From contig JAKFBU010000030.1 of assembly GCA_036676985.1 (NCBI GenBank), forward strand, positions 64,001 through 128,000: 64,000 nucleotides of DNA. Reading direction: 5' to 3'. A program made the position numbers and the translations under genes. The notes beneath the pieces are model-generated. The model was not told where the DNA came from. It did not search any database and saw nothing but the letters and a program-made list of their open reading frames with translations. This document shows, in pieces, positions 47,624 through 57,249 of this stretch (the stretch's first letter is position 1; each line of letters begins with the position of its first letter). Origin of the DNA: Candidatus Sericytochromatia bacterium (GTDB lineage: Bacteria; Cyanobacteriota; Sericytochromatia; S15B-MN24; UBA4093).

Positions 47624-49351
47624 TTAATCTCCGTAAGATCGCTTGAGGAGCTGAGGGGCTCCCTCGTGCAGCGACCAGAAGGTGTAGTCCCGGCCGGGGA
47701 AGAGGCCGAGCATCCGGCGGGTGTTGGTGAAGCGCGCCACGTCCGAGCCCGTGAAGCGGTAGGCCTCGTTCTCGGTGACGATCCACGGGCGGCCCAGGCT
47801 GTCGCTCACCAGGCCGACGACGCGGGCGGTGGTGTCGACGGGCGCCCAGGCCGGGGAGACGAGGCCGAGGGTCTGCGGGTTCAATTCCGCGAGGATGGCG
47901 CGGGCGTTGCCCGTGTCCTGCTTGACCACGAAGACCCGGCCAGTCGGGGCGATGGTGAAGGCCCGGAGCTCCCCGGGCACCGCGGAGAGGTCCGCCTCGG
48001 CGGCCGCGAGGCTCATGGTCGGGTTGCGGGCATCGTAGACCGGCACGGCGTACAGGGCCTCGGAGGTCGCGATCCACATGCGGTCCAGGACCGTCGAGCC
48101 GAAGCTGTGATGCCATCCGATGAGGCGCGAGGGCTTGCCCCGCACGTTCCCGGTGCTCACGAGGCGCCCGGCGGTGTCGGCCACGACGATCTTGCCGCTG
48201 TCGTCACCCGTCACGCCCATCCAGACCTTGCGCCCCAGGCCGTCGGTGTCGATGCCGAGCACCGCAGGCGCGGGCCCCACGTCCACCGAGCCCAGGAAGT
48301 TGCCCCACTCGTCGTAGCGCGCCACGCGGGTACCGTCCGAGCGCTGGTTGCCGACCCACACGACGGGGGACGAGCCCGTCTCGTCGATGGCGAGCTGCCC
48401 GGGCACAAAGCGATCGCGCAGGAGGTTGGTGGTCGGGCGGCTGTAGCCCCAGTCGGGACGCGCCCGGTCGAAGCGCATGATCGAGTTGGAGGCGGGGCAG
48501 CTCACCCACAGGAACTGGCCTCCGTCCATCTCCGCCCAGTGGGGCGTCGAGTCGGTCCGGCGCTCCGAGAGGACCGCCAGCGTGCCCGCCTGCGACAGGT
48601 CCAGGGTGGTGGGCGCGGGCTTGGGGACGGGCGTGTAGACCGGATCGGGAGCGGTGGTGGGCGAGGTCGAGGCCCCGGGTCGCGGGGTCTCGGTCACGGG
48701 CAGGATGGCCGTGGGATCGTCGCTCAAGCCTTCTTCATGGGCGAGCCGGCTCAGGAGGTTCTCGATCCGGCTCTTGATGATCTGGTGGCCCGCCAAGAAG
48801 GCGTCGGTTGAGCCCGAGATGCCCTCGGGGCTGAGGTCGGGCACGTCGGCGTCCAGCATCATGCTGCGGGCCTGGGCCGCGATCTCGTCGAACTCCGGCT
48901 GCTGGAGGCCCGTGAGCTTGAGGCGGGTGCGCCCGAGGCGGTTGGCCACCATGGTGCTCGCGGCCGTGATCAGGGTCGTGGAGGGCGTGCCCGACTTGAG
49001 GCGCAGGAAGGCCATGACCCGGGTCTTGGCGCCGTCGGTCGCCACCGCGAGGTACAGCCCCTCGGGCACCTCCTGCTGGAAGGCGAACTGGCCCGTCCCG
49101 TCCACCCGGGCGTCGGTCAGGCCATTGAGGCCCTGGCCGTCACGGGTGTAGAGGCGCACGACCGTGCCCACCCCGGGCTTCTCGACGAGCGGAGCGCCCT
49201 CCTGACCCACCACCTGCTTGGCAGGCAAAAAGACGCTGCCCTGCACGCGCACGGTGGCCGCCTGCTGGATCGCGGCGGGGGCGAAGATCTGGCAGGCGCT
49301 CATGAGCCCCATGGCCATGACCGCCGCGCATGCGCTCCAGTGGTTCCTCAT
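47624..49351 (-). CDS. Lipoprotein with prealbumin-like N-domain and beta-propeller C-domain
   Basis: Lipobox MSAC; ARVDGTGQFAF, LITAASTMVA; repeated xWV/xWI blades. Confidence 0.75.
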   Translation of the reverse strand: MRNHWSACAAVMAMGLMSACQIFAPAAIQQAATVRVQGSVFLPAKQVVGQEGAPLVEKPGVGTVVRLYTRDGQGLNGLTDARVDGTGQFAFQQEVPEGLYLAVATDGAKTRVMAFLRLKSGTPSTTLITAASTMVANRLGRTRLKLTGLQQPEFDEIAAQARSMMLDADVPDLSPEGISGSTDAFLAGHQIIKSRIENLLSRLAHEEGLSDDPTAILPVTETPRPGASTSPTTAPDPVYTPVPKPAPTTLDLSQAGTLAVLSERRTDSTPHWAEMDGGQFLWVSCPASNSIMRFDRARPDWGYSRPTTNLLRDRFVPGQLAIDETGSSPVVWVGNQRSDGTRVARYDEWGNFLGSVDVGPAPAVLGIDTDGLGRKVWMGVTGDDSGKIVVADTAGRLVSTGNVRGKPSRLIGWHHSFGSTVLDRMWIATSEALYAVPVYDARNPTMSLAAAEADLSAVPGELRAFTIAPTGRVFVVKQDTGNARAILAELNPQTLGLVSPAWAPVDTTARVVGLVSDSLGRPWIVTENEAYRFTGSDVARFTNTRRMLGLFPGRDYTFWSLHEGAPQLLKRSYGD

Positions 49352-49422
49352 GCAGCCTCCATGCCCGTCTTATACCCGTTCGACACCTTGCCGGAAGCCT
49401 CCTCTCACGTTACGCTTGGGGG

Positions 49423-50355
49423 GTGGAAGGCACCCTGGCCATCGAAACCGAGCACCTGACCCGTCGCTTCGACACCTTCACGGCCGTCGAGGACCTGACG
49501 CTGACCGTTCGCCCCGGCGAGGTCTTCGGCTTCCTCGGCCCCAACGGTGCCGGCAAGACGACGGTCATGCGCATGCTCGCGAGCCTCATCGCGCCGTCGA
49601 GCGGCTCGGCCCGCGTGGTCGGGCACGACGTCGTCACCGAAGGCGAGGCCGTCCGGCGCAAGATCGGTCTTTTGACCGAGACCCCGGGCCTATACCGCAA
49701 GCTCTCCGCCGAGGAGAACCTCCGCTACTACGCCCGCCTCTACGGCGTATCGGACGTGTCCAAGGCCATCGAGCGCTACCTGCGGATCCTCGGGCTCTAC
49801 GAACGCCGGCACGACCCGGTGGGCAGCTTCTCCAAGGGCATGCGCCAGAAGATCGCCATCGCCCGCGCCCTCATCCACGACCCCGAGCTGGTGTTCCTCG
49901 ACGAGCCCACCTCGGGCCTGGATCCGGAAGCCGCCCGGGTCGTGCTCGACTTCATCCTGGAGCTCCGGGCGCAGGGGCGCACGGTCTTTCTCTGCACGCA
50001 CCTGCTCGACGAGGCCGAGCGGCTGTGCGATCGCGTCGGCGTCTTCAAGCGCCGGCTCATCGCCGTGGACACGCCGGCTCGGCTGCGCTCCACCCGCTTC
50101 GGGAGCCGGACGGTCATCGACCTGGTGCGGCGCGACGACCGCCTCCTCTCGGCCCTCTCCGGCCTGCCGTTCGTTCAGAGCGTCCAGTGGCGCAACCACG
50201 AGCTGGTGGTGATCCTCAGCAACCCCGAGGACCAGAATCCGGCCGTGGTGCGCACCCTGGTCGAGGCGGGCGCGGAGATCCGCTTCGTCCGCGAGGAGAA
50301 GGCCTCCCTGGAGCAGGTCTACTTGTCCTTGACGGGGAGTCTTCGCCTTGAGTAG
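49423..50355 (+). CDS. ABC transporter ATP-binding protein (ABC-2 exporter type)
   Basis: GPNGAGKTT, FSKGMRQK, FLDEPTSGLD, THLLDEAE. Confidence 0.93.
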   Translation: MEGTLAIETEHLTRRFDTFTAVEDLTLTVRPGEVFGFLGPNGAGKTTVMRMLASLIAPSSGSARVVGHDVVTEGEAVRRKIGLLTETPGLYRKLSAEENLRYYARLYGVSDVSKAIERYLRILGLYERRHDPVGSFSKGMRQKIAIARALIHDPELVFLDEPTSGLDPEAARVVLDFILELRAQGRTVFLCTHLLDEAERLCDRVGVFKRRLIAVDTPARLRSTRFGSRTVIDLVRRDDRLLSALSGLPFVQSVQWRNHELVVILSNPEDQNPAVVRTLVEAGAEIRFVREEKASLEQVYLSLTGSLRLE

Positions 50356-51157
50356 CCGCTTTTCCCGCTCGCTCATCGTCGTCGGCAAGGAGCTGCGCGA
50401 CCTGACGCGCAACCCGGGGCTCATGGCCACCATGCTCGTGCCGGCCCTCCTGTTGACGGCGCTGGCGGTGCTCGCCCTCTATGCGGCGGGGCTCGCGGCC
50501 GCGGGTGCCCAGGGCGCTCCGCCCAAGGGCCTGGTGCTGCCTGCCCTGCTCGAGGGGGCGACCCGGGCCGAGGCGGCCCAGTTCGTCGCCATCTCCCCGT
50601 TCTTCCTCATCTGGCTGGTGTTTCCGGTCTCGGTGCCGAGCGCGCTCGCGGCCTACTCCATCGTGGGCGAGAAGGAGGAAGGAACGCTCGAGCCGCTCTT
50701 GGCCACGCCCATCGGGACGGGCGAGCTGCTCTTGGGCAAGGCGATCGCGGCCGGGTTGCCGGGGCTCGTGCTCACGTGGGCGTCCTGGCTCGTCACGCTC
50801 CTGGCGGGCCTCGGGCTCGGCGCGGGCCGGGTCATGCAGGCGACGCTCATGAGCCCGGCGTGGCTGGTCGGAATGGCGGGGCTCGCCCCGGCCCTGACGT
50901 TCCTGACGGTGATGGTGCTCGTCAACGTCAGCTCGCGGGTCAACGACGTGCGTTCGGCCACGCAGATCGGCGGTCTCCTGGTGTTGCCCATCATCGGGCT
51001 GTTCGTCTCGCAGATCAGCCGGGGGCTGCTCCTGGGCGTGCCCACGGTCCTCTGGGCCACGGGCGGGGTGCTCCTTGCGGGCCTCGTGGCCATGGCCCTG
51101 GCCGTGCGCCTGTTCCAGCGCGAGACCATCCTGGTGCGCTGGAAGCAGAGCCGCTAG
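50348..51157 (+). CDS. ABC-2 type transporter permease
   Basis: KELRDL.RN, SIVGEKEEGTLEPLLATP..LLLGK; six TM helices. Confidence 0.9.
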   Translation: MSSRFSRSLIVVGKELRDLTRNPGLMATMLVPALLLTALAVLALYAAGLAAAGAQGAPPKGLVLPALLEGATRAEAAQFVAISPFFLIWLVFPVSVPSALAAYSIVGEKEEGTLEPLLATPIGTGELLLGKAIAAGLPGLVLTWASWLVTLLAGLGLGAGRVMQATLMSPAWLVGMAGLAPALTFLTVMVLVNVSSRVNDVRSATQIGGLLVLPIIGLFVSQISRGLLLGVPTVLWATGGVLLAGLVAMALAVRLFQRETILVRWKQSR

Positions 51158-51837
51158 AGTCCCTTCAACACGTAGCCCACGCCCCGCACGGTGTGGATCA
51201 GCTTGGGCCGCTCGGCCTGCTCGATCTTGTTGCGCAGGTGGCGCACGTAGACCTCGAGGATGTTGTCCTCGCCCTCGAAGTCGTAGCCCCAGACCGCCTC
51301 GATGATCCGCTCGCGGGGCATCACCTTGTTGGGATTCTGGATCAGGCACTTGAGCAGCTCGTACTCCTTGGGGGTCAAGGAGATCTCCGCGTCGCCCCGC
51401 CGCACCTGGCGGCTCTCCACGTCCAGGCTCAGATCTCCGATCGCATGCACCGTCTTGGGCTGGGGCCGCCGCATGCGCAGCTGCGCGTGCACGCGTGCGA
51501 CCAGCTCGTCCAGGTCGAAGGGCTTGGGCAGGTAGTCGCTGGCGCCGCTGTTGAGGCCCTCGATGCGGTCCGGGATCTCCCCGAAGGCCGTCAGCATCAG
51601 AATGGGCACGTCCGACGTCTGACGGATGCGCCGGCAGACCTCGAGGCCGTCCATGCCGGGCAGGGAGCGATCGAGGATGACGAGGTCGGGAGCGTCCTGG
51701 CGCGCCGCCGACAGCCCGGCCTGACCGTCGGTGGCGACGCGGACCTCGAAGCCCTCCGCGCCAAGCCGCACGGCCACGAGCTCGGCGACCTCGGGGGCGT
51801 CTTCGACGACGATGATTCGGGCAGACTGCGCGGGCAT
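51154..51837 (-). CDS. OmpR/PhoB-family response regulator (orphan)
   Basis: DLVILD..LPGMDG, DYLPKPF, LEVYVRHLRNKI, HTVRGVGY. Confidence 0.95.
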   Translation of the reverse strand: MPAQSARIIVVEDAPEVAELVAVRLGAEGFEVRVATDGQAGLSAARQDAPDLVILDRSLPGMDGLEVCRRIRQTSDVPILMLTAFGEIPDRIEGLNSGASDYLPKPFDLDELVARVHAQLRMRRPQPKTVHAIGDLSLDVESRQVRRGDAEISLTPKEYELLKCLIQNPNKVMPRERIIEAVWGYDFEGEDNILEVYVRHLRNKIEQAERPKLIHTVRGVGYVLKGL

Positions 51838-52009
51838 GCAACGCCTTTCTAGACGGGCCACTCATGGAGTACATACGCGACCGGCTCGCCGTCTAAACGT
51901 CCCTAGCCGAGCGACCTTCAGGGTTCTTTCAGCTTCATTGGATACGTTTAATGTGTCGAACGCAGCCACTCGTGCCGAGGCGCTGCTCAGTGGCCAAAGG
52001 AGTATCGCC

Positions 52010-52531
52010 ATGCAGAAGACCCTGACCCTCGCACTCGTCGCCCTCGCCCTTGCCGGCTGCGGCTCCACGTCCACCCTCTCCGGCCCGACCTACGGCAGCG
52101 CCCGCCTCCTGACGGAGGCCACCGACGCCCGCAGCGTCCAGTACCTCGCGAGCGACATCCAGGCCGCGCGCGTCACGGTGCTCGGCTCGGTCAACGGCGG
52201 GGCCTTCACCGAGATCACGCGTGCCGACTTCACGGGCGCAGCCCTCGCGAGCAAGCTCAGCAACAACACCTTCAGCTTCACGGTGGACAACCTCAAGGTG
52301 AGCGACACCGTCACCAGCTACAGCTACCAGGCCAAGGTCGAGACCTACCTCGAGACGGCCATGACCACCCTGCTCGGCAACAGCACCTCCAGCGGCTTCA
52401 CCGTCACCGCGAGCCAGACGCCGACCACCATCACCATGCCGACGCTCAAGCTGCTCGCGAGCCCCATCGGCAGCGGCAGCGCCGGCGTCACCATCATCGA
52501 CACCCCGACTCCTGCCGTGGTCATCCGGTAG
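52010..52531 (+). CDS. Lipoprotein, 'RxVQY' family
   Basis: AAGGAG SD; lipobox LAGC; RSVQYLASDI; C-terminal TPTPAVVIR. Confidence 0.75.
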   Translation: MQKTLTLALVALALAGCGSTSTLSGPTYGSARLLTEATDARSVQYLASDIQAARVTVLGSVNGGAFTEITRADFTGAALASKLSNNTFSFTVDNLKVSDTVTSYSYQAKVETYLETAMTTLLGNSTSSGFTVTASQTPTTITMPTLKLLASPIGSGSAGVTIIDTPTPAVVIR

Positions 52532-52551
52532 GACCCTTCGGGATCGCGGCC

Positions 52552-53274
52552 ATGGGTCTCGGACGGCAGCTGGCGGCAACGGCCCTCTTGGGGCTCGTCG
52601 CGTCCGGCTGCGCCGCCCGGGACGTCACAGGAACGGGCAGCGCCCTTGTCGTCTTGCCCGCCGGCCGCCGGGTCCAGTACGTCTCCTCGGACGTACGATC
52701 CCTGAAGGTCACCATCACGCGCCAGGCCGACGGTCAGACGTACGTGAAGTCCTATCCCGGCACGGCCCTCGCTCCGATTGCCGCAGGCAGCCGGTTCACC
52801 TTCTCGGCCGACAACCTGACGCCCGGCACCTACGTGGCGCGACTGGATGCCTTCGGCGACGCGGGCCAGACCATGTCGCTCGGCAGCGTGACCTCGGCCC
52901 CGTTCGGGGTCGTTCCGCAGGTCGTGACCCCGGTGACCCTGCCGAGCCTGGTCCTGCCCCCCACGCCCGTCGGCGACTGGCGCCTGACCCTCACGGTCGC
53001 CCTTTCGGGCGGCTACACGATCACCGACTACGCCACCCGGCTCGAGAGCCCGGCGGGCACCGTGGCGACGGGTCCTGCGGGCACCTCGCTCGCCGACACC
53101 AGTTCCTTCACGTGGGGCAACGCGCCCGCTGTTCCCGCAGGCCTCAGCACGACCTCCGTCACGGTCAACGCCATGCGCAAGAACGGCCAGCGTGCCACCA
53201 AGACCTTTACCGCCACCGCCAGCATCGTCGCCGGAAGCACCGCCACGTCGTCGCTCGCGATCGCCTTTCCCTAG
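52552..53274 (+). CDS. Lipoprotein, 'RxVQY' family paralog
   Basis: Lipobox ASGC; RRVQYVSSDV; FTFSADNL versus FSFTVDNL in upstream paralog. Confidence 0.75.
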   Translation: MGLGRQLAATALLGLVASGCAARDVTGTGSALVVLPAGRRVQYVSSDVRSLKVTITRQADGQTYVKSYPGTALAPIAAGSRFTFSADNLTPGTYVARLDAFGDAGQTMSLGSVTSAPFGVVPQVVTPVTLPSLVLPPTPVGDWRLTLTVALSGGYTITDYATRLESPAGTVATGPAGTSLADTSSFTWGNAPAVPAGLSTTSVTVNAMRKNGQRATKTFTATASIVAGSTATSSLAIAFP

Positions 53275-53283
53275 GAGGAAGCC

Positions 53284-53391
53284 ATGCCGTACCTGCTGCT
53301 AGCCGCCGTGACGGCCTGCCTTCTTGCCGGCTGCCCCGCGACGGTCAATTCGCCTCAGCCCCAGCCGGATCGCGCCGTCTCGATCCGCTAG
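53284..53391 (+). CDS. Mini-lipoprotein (35 aa), not in ORF track
   Basis: AGGAGG SD; MPYLLLAAVTACLLAGCPATVNSPQPQPDRAVSIR; lipobox LAGC. Confidence 0.65.
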   Translation: MPYLLLAAVTACLLAGCPATVNSPQPQPDRAVSIR

Positions 53392-53430
53392 CCCTTCCAG
53401 GACGCCCGATGGGCGTGCTAAAGTGAGCGC

Positions 53431-54819
53431 ATGAGTTCGCCGTACGTACGTCCTATCGATCTCGACCCCCTGCAACTCCGCGCCTTCGCGGCCTCTCAGC
53501 CCCACGGCTTCATCCTCGACAGCGGCCATGCCCCCGACGGCTGGCAGTTCGTCGGCTTCCGTCCGCGCTGGACCCTGACCTGCCGCGGGGAGCTGCGGAT
53601 CCTCGAGCGCGACGGCGTCATCGAGACCTCGCGCGGTCATGCCCTCGACGCCCTCCGCCAGGTCATGGACGCATGGCGCCTCGCTCCCGGGGGTGACACT
53701 CCGCCCTTCTGGGGCGGCGGGGTCGGCTTCCTCAGCTACGACCTCGGCTGGCAGCTCGAGCGGCTACCGCGGCGGACCGAGGACGACCTGCACACCCCCG
53801 AGCTCTCCTGGGCCTTCTACGACGCGGTGGTCGCCATTCCGGCCTCCGGAACGCCCCTCCTGTGCGTCACGCCCGCGCCGGGCGAGCCGGAGGACCGGCT
53901 CGAGGCCAAGCGAGCGGAATGGGAGCGGGAGCTGCGATCGCTCCCCCCTTACGACTCCGTCCCGCCCGGGCGGGCCGCCGGCGCTCCCAGGGCGACTTTC
54001 ACCCGTGACGCCTACCTGCGGGCGGTCGGCGCCCTCAAGGAGCGCATCGCTGCGGGCGACCTGTACCAGGCCAACCTCTCCCAGCGCTTCGCCATTCCCT
54101 TCGAAGGCGACGCCCACGCCTACTTCGAGGAGCTGCGGGCACGCAACCCCGCCCCCTTCGGGGCCTTCCTCAACTGGCCCGAGTTCACGGTCCTGAGCAG
54201 CTCTCCCGAGCGCTTCCTGCGCCTGCGCCGGGGCCGGGTGGAGACGGCTCCCATCAAGGGGACCCGACCCCGCGGCCGCACGCCCGCCGAGGATCGGGAG
54301 CTCGCGGACGCCCTCGCCACGAGCGAGAAGGATCGCGCGGAGCACCTGATGATCGTGGACCTGGAGCGCAACGACCTGGGCCGCGTGTGCCGGATCGGCT
54401 CCGTGCACGTGCCCGAGCGCTTCGTACTCGAGGCCCATCCGACCGTCTGGCACCTGGTGTCCACGGTGGCCGGGGAGCTCGGCGCCGACCGGGACACCGT
54501 CGACCTCTTGCGGGCGACCTTTCCGGGCGGCTCCATCACGGGCGCGCCGAAGCTCAAGGCCATGGAGATCCTCGAGGGCCTCGAGCCCACCCGCCGTGGC
54601 CTGTACACGGGCTCGATCGGGTACATGGGGAGAGACGGCGACCTGGACTTGAGCATCGTCATCCGGACGGCGATCCTGAAGGATGGGACGGCCTATCTGC
54701 AGGTGGGCGGCGGGATCGTGGCGGACTCGGATCCGGCCTCCGAATACCAGGAGACGCTCGACAAGGCCAAGGCCTTCTTTCGCACGTTGGGAGTGGAGAC
54801 CGCATGCGAGTTGTCCTGA
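53431..54819 (+). CDS. pabB: Aminodeoxychorismate synthase component I
   Basis: YQANLSQRF, SSPERFL, PIKGTRPR, KDRAEHLMIVDLERNDLG, FPGGSITGAPK. Confidence 0.9.
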   Translation: MSSPYVRPIDLDPLQLRAFAASQPHGFILDSGHAPDGWQFVGFRPRWTLTCRGELRILERDGVIETSRGHALDALRQVMDAWRLAPGGDTPPFWGGGVGFLSYDLGWQLERLPRRTEDDLHTPELSWAFYDAVVAIPASGTPLLCVTPAPGEPEDRLEAKRAEWERELRSLPPYDSVPPGRAAGAPRATFTRDAYLRAVGALKERIAAGDLYQANLSQRFAIPFEGDAHAYFEELRARNPAPFGAFLNWPEFTVLSSSPERFLRLRRGRVETAPIKGTRPRGRTPAEDRELADALATSEKDRAEHLMIVDLERNDLGRVCRIGSVHVPERFVLEAHPTVWHLVSTVAGELGADRDTVDLLRATFPGGSITGAPKLKAMEILEGLEPTRRGLYTGSIGYMGRDGDLDLSIVIRTAILKDGTAYLQVGGGIVADSDPASEYQETLDKAKAFFRTLGVETACELS

Positions 54820-55601
54820 ACGGTGAACTGCTGAGCGCCGTGGAGGCACGGGTCAGTGCCCTCGACGAGGGGCTGCTCTACGGCTACGGGCTGTTCGAGA
54901 CCATCCGTGCCGTCGATGGGCGCATGCCGCTGCTGGATCGTCACCTGGATCGCCTGCATGCGGGCGCGAAGCAGCTGGGCATCGACGTGCCGCGCGAGCG
55001 CGCGGACATCGCTCAAGACCTGGCGCGGGTGGTGGAGGCCGCGGGCCTGGCGGACGCGCGGGTGCGCCTCACGCTCACGCTGGGGTCTCCCGAGGGCCTC
55101 GCGGTGCTCATGGCCATGGCCCACCCGTACCAGGAGCCGGCCGCCCCCTATGACACGTGTCTGGTGCGGGGGCACCCGGGGGCCAACTCGCCGACCAAGG
55201 GCCTCAAGAGCCTGAGCTATTTGCCGTGGTTGCTTGCGCGCGAGCAGGCGCGGGGGCGGGGCTTCCACGAGGCTGTGATGACCGACGACTCGGGGCAGAT
55301 CGTCGAAGGCAGCACGACGAACGTCTTCGCGGTGCTCTCGGAGGGCTACATCGCGACGCCGCCGCTCGAGAGCGGGGCGTTGCCCGGCGTGTCGCGGGCC
55401 TGGGTGATGGAGCGCCTGGGGGATCAGGTGCGCGAGGCACCCCTGGTGCCGCGGGACCTGTACGAGGCGAGCGAGGTCTTCCTGACGAACGCACTCCTGG
55501 GGGTCATCCCGGCCGGTAAGCTGGGCGATCGCACCCTGGCCATGCCCGAGAATTCTGAAGGCAAGCGATTGAAGGCCGAGTTCGACGCGCTGTTTCGGTA
55601 G
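54804..55601 (+). CDS. pabC: Class IV aminotransferase / 4-amino-4-deoxychorismate lyase
   Basis: GLLYGYGLFET, HLDRL, KSLSY, EGSTTNVF, LPGVSR, EVFLTNA; overlaps pabB. Confidence 0.82.
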   Translation: MRVVLNGELLSAVEARVSALDEGLLYGYGLFETIRAVDGRMPLLDRHLDRLHAGAKQLGIDVPRERADIAQDLARVVEAAGLADARVRLTLTLGSPEGLAVLMAMAHPYQEPAAPYDTCLVRGHPGANSPTKGLKSLSYLPWLLAREQARGRGFHEAVMTDDSGQIVEGSTTNVFAVLSEGYIATPPLESGALPGVSRAWVMERLGDQVREAPLVPRDLYEASEVFLTNALLGVIPAGKLGDRTLAMPENSEGKRLKAEFDALFR

Positions 55602-55734
55602 GGCGATCGCCGCCCGGCGCTACCACCCACAACCATCCCCAACCTCTGCTCTCCCCCCAGCCATCAAAAGCCCCCCTTGCCTGGCGGCAAAGGGGGAACT
55701 TGTCGTGGGGAGGTGCAGCGATCGGAGAAACAAT

Positions 55735-55762
55735 GAGCGCCCCGCCGAGTGGCGGGGCGCTC
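55735..55762. terminator. Terminator hairpin between convergent genes
   Basis: GAGCGCCCCGCC-gagt-GGCGGGGCGCTC. Confidence 0.6.
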
Positions 55763-55777
55763 CTTGTTGCAAGCCTC

Positions 55778-57001
55778 TTAGATCGAGAGGGCCTTGAGGG
55801 CGTTGATGCGACCGAAGCCGAAGCTCTTGTCGAAGCCCTGGGCGCCGAGGTCATCGGCCGACTGCTCGAGCTTGGCGCGGACGCCAGCCAGATCCAGCGA
55901 GGGGTACTTGTCGCGGATCAGCGCGGCCAGACCAGCGGCGGCCGGGGTGGCCATCGAGGTGCCCGAGAGGACGCCGTACTCGGTCTTGCCGATGGGGTTG
56001 GCCAGCATCGGAAGGGTCGAGAGGATCTTCGAACCGGGGGCCGAGATCGAGATGTGCTTGCCCATGTTCGAGAAGGACGACTTGAGGTCGGCGCTGTCGG
56101 TCGAACCGACGGCGATCACGCCGGGGACGCCAGCGGGGTAGCTGGTGGTCTCGCGACCGTCGTTGCCCATCGCGGCGACGACGACCGAGCCCTTGCTCAT
56201 CGCGTACTTGACGGCATCCTCGAGGGCCTTCGAGGTCGACGGACCGCCGAGGCTCATCGAGATGACCTGCGCGCCCTGGTCAGCGGCGTAGATGATGCCG
56301 TTGGCCACGCCCTCGTACGAGCCGCTGCCCGACTTCGAGAGCACCTTGACCGCGAGGATCGTCACGTTCGGGGCGATACCGGCGATGCCGATGCCGTTGT
56401 TGGCCGAACCCGCCGCGATACCGGCGCAGTGGGTGCCGTGACCCTGATCGTCCATCGCATCGTCGTCGTTGTTGACGAAGTCCTTGCCCTTGAGGGTGCG
56501 GCCCTTCAGGTCGGGGTGGCTGTGGTCCACGCCGGTGTCGACGATGGCGAGCACGGTCTTGGGCGAGCCGGTGGTGATGTCCCAGGCGGCGCGGGCCTGA
56601 ACCTTGTCCAGCGTGTACTGGTCCTTGGCCATCGGGTCGTTCACATCGCCCTCGACGCGGAAGTCCGACATGCGAGCGACGTAGTTGGGCTCAGCGTAGG
56701 CGACCTTGCCGGAGGCCTGCAGCTTGGCGATCGTGTCAGCGACGTTGCCGCGGACCTTGATGAGCTGCATGCCGGTGCGGCTGTTGCTGCGGACGGTCGA
56801 ACCGACCGATTCGACGACATCCAGCGCCTCGACACCCGGCTTGAACTTCACCAGGATCTGCTGGGCGACGGCTTCACCCTTCACGGCCTGGGCGGCATCG
56901 TTGCGGATGGCACCAGGGACGTTGCCACAGCCGACCATCGACACGGTGCTGACGGCGGCGATCGAGGTGGCCAGGGCGAGGCGGAGGCGCGCTTGCATCA
57001 T
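55778..57001 (-). CDS. S8 subtilisin/thermitase-like serine protease, lipoprotein
   Basis: Lipobox MVGC; propeptide YAEPNY; VDTGVD, HGTHCAG, GTSMATP. Confidence 0.93.
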   Translation of the reverse strand: MMQARLRLALATSIAAVSTVSMVGCGNVPGAIRNDAAQAVKGEAVAQQILVKFKPGVEALDVVESVGSTVRSNSRTGMQLIKVRGNVADTIAKLQASGKVAYAEPNYVARMSDFRVEGDVNDPMAKDQYTLDKVQARAAWDITTGSPKTVLAIVDTGVDHSHPDLKGRTLKGKDFVNNDDDAMDDQGHGTHCAGIAAGSANNGIGIAGIAPNVTILAVKVLSKSGSGSYEGVANGIIYAADQGAQVISMSLGGPSTSKALEDAVKYAMSKGSVVVAAMGNDGRETTSYPAGVPGVIAVGSTDSADLKSSFSNMGKHISISAPGSKILSTLPMLANPIGKTEYGVLSGTSMATPAAAGLAALIRDKYPSLDLAGVRAKLEQSADDLGAQGFDKSFGFGRINALKALSI

Positions 57002-57041
57002 CGTCTTCTCCTTCACTGAGCGGAAGCGGAATAATCAAACC

Positions 57042-57134
57042 TTAACCAAAGGTTTAACTCTTAACTTAAGGTTTACCTTACCACCCCCTCGATTTCACCT
57101 CAAGCCCTCGATCGAGGATTTAACAATCATTTAA
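57042..57134. promoter_or_regulatory. Cluster of TTAA-N7-TTWA boxes upstream of S8 protease
   Basis: TTAAccaaaggTTTA (57042), TTAActtaaggTTTA (57061), TTAAcaatcatTTAA (57120). Confidence 0.5.
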
Positions 57135-57249
57135 TTGAAACCGAACTCGATTTAATAATCCGGCGTCCGGCGCCTCCGTCGAGCAGACGCCAAGAGGCCC
57201 GGCGCCGCCGTTTGGCGGTGCCGGGCCTCGGGATCGAGCGGCTTAACGA

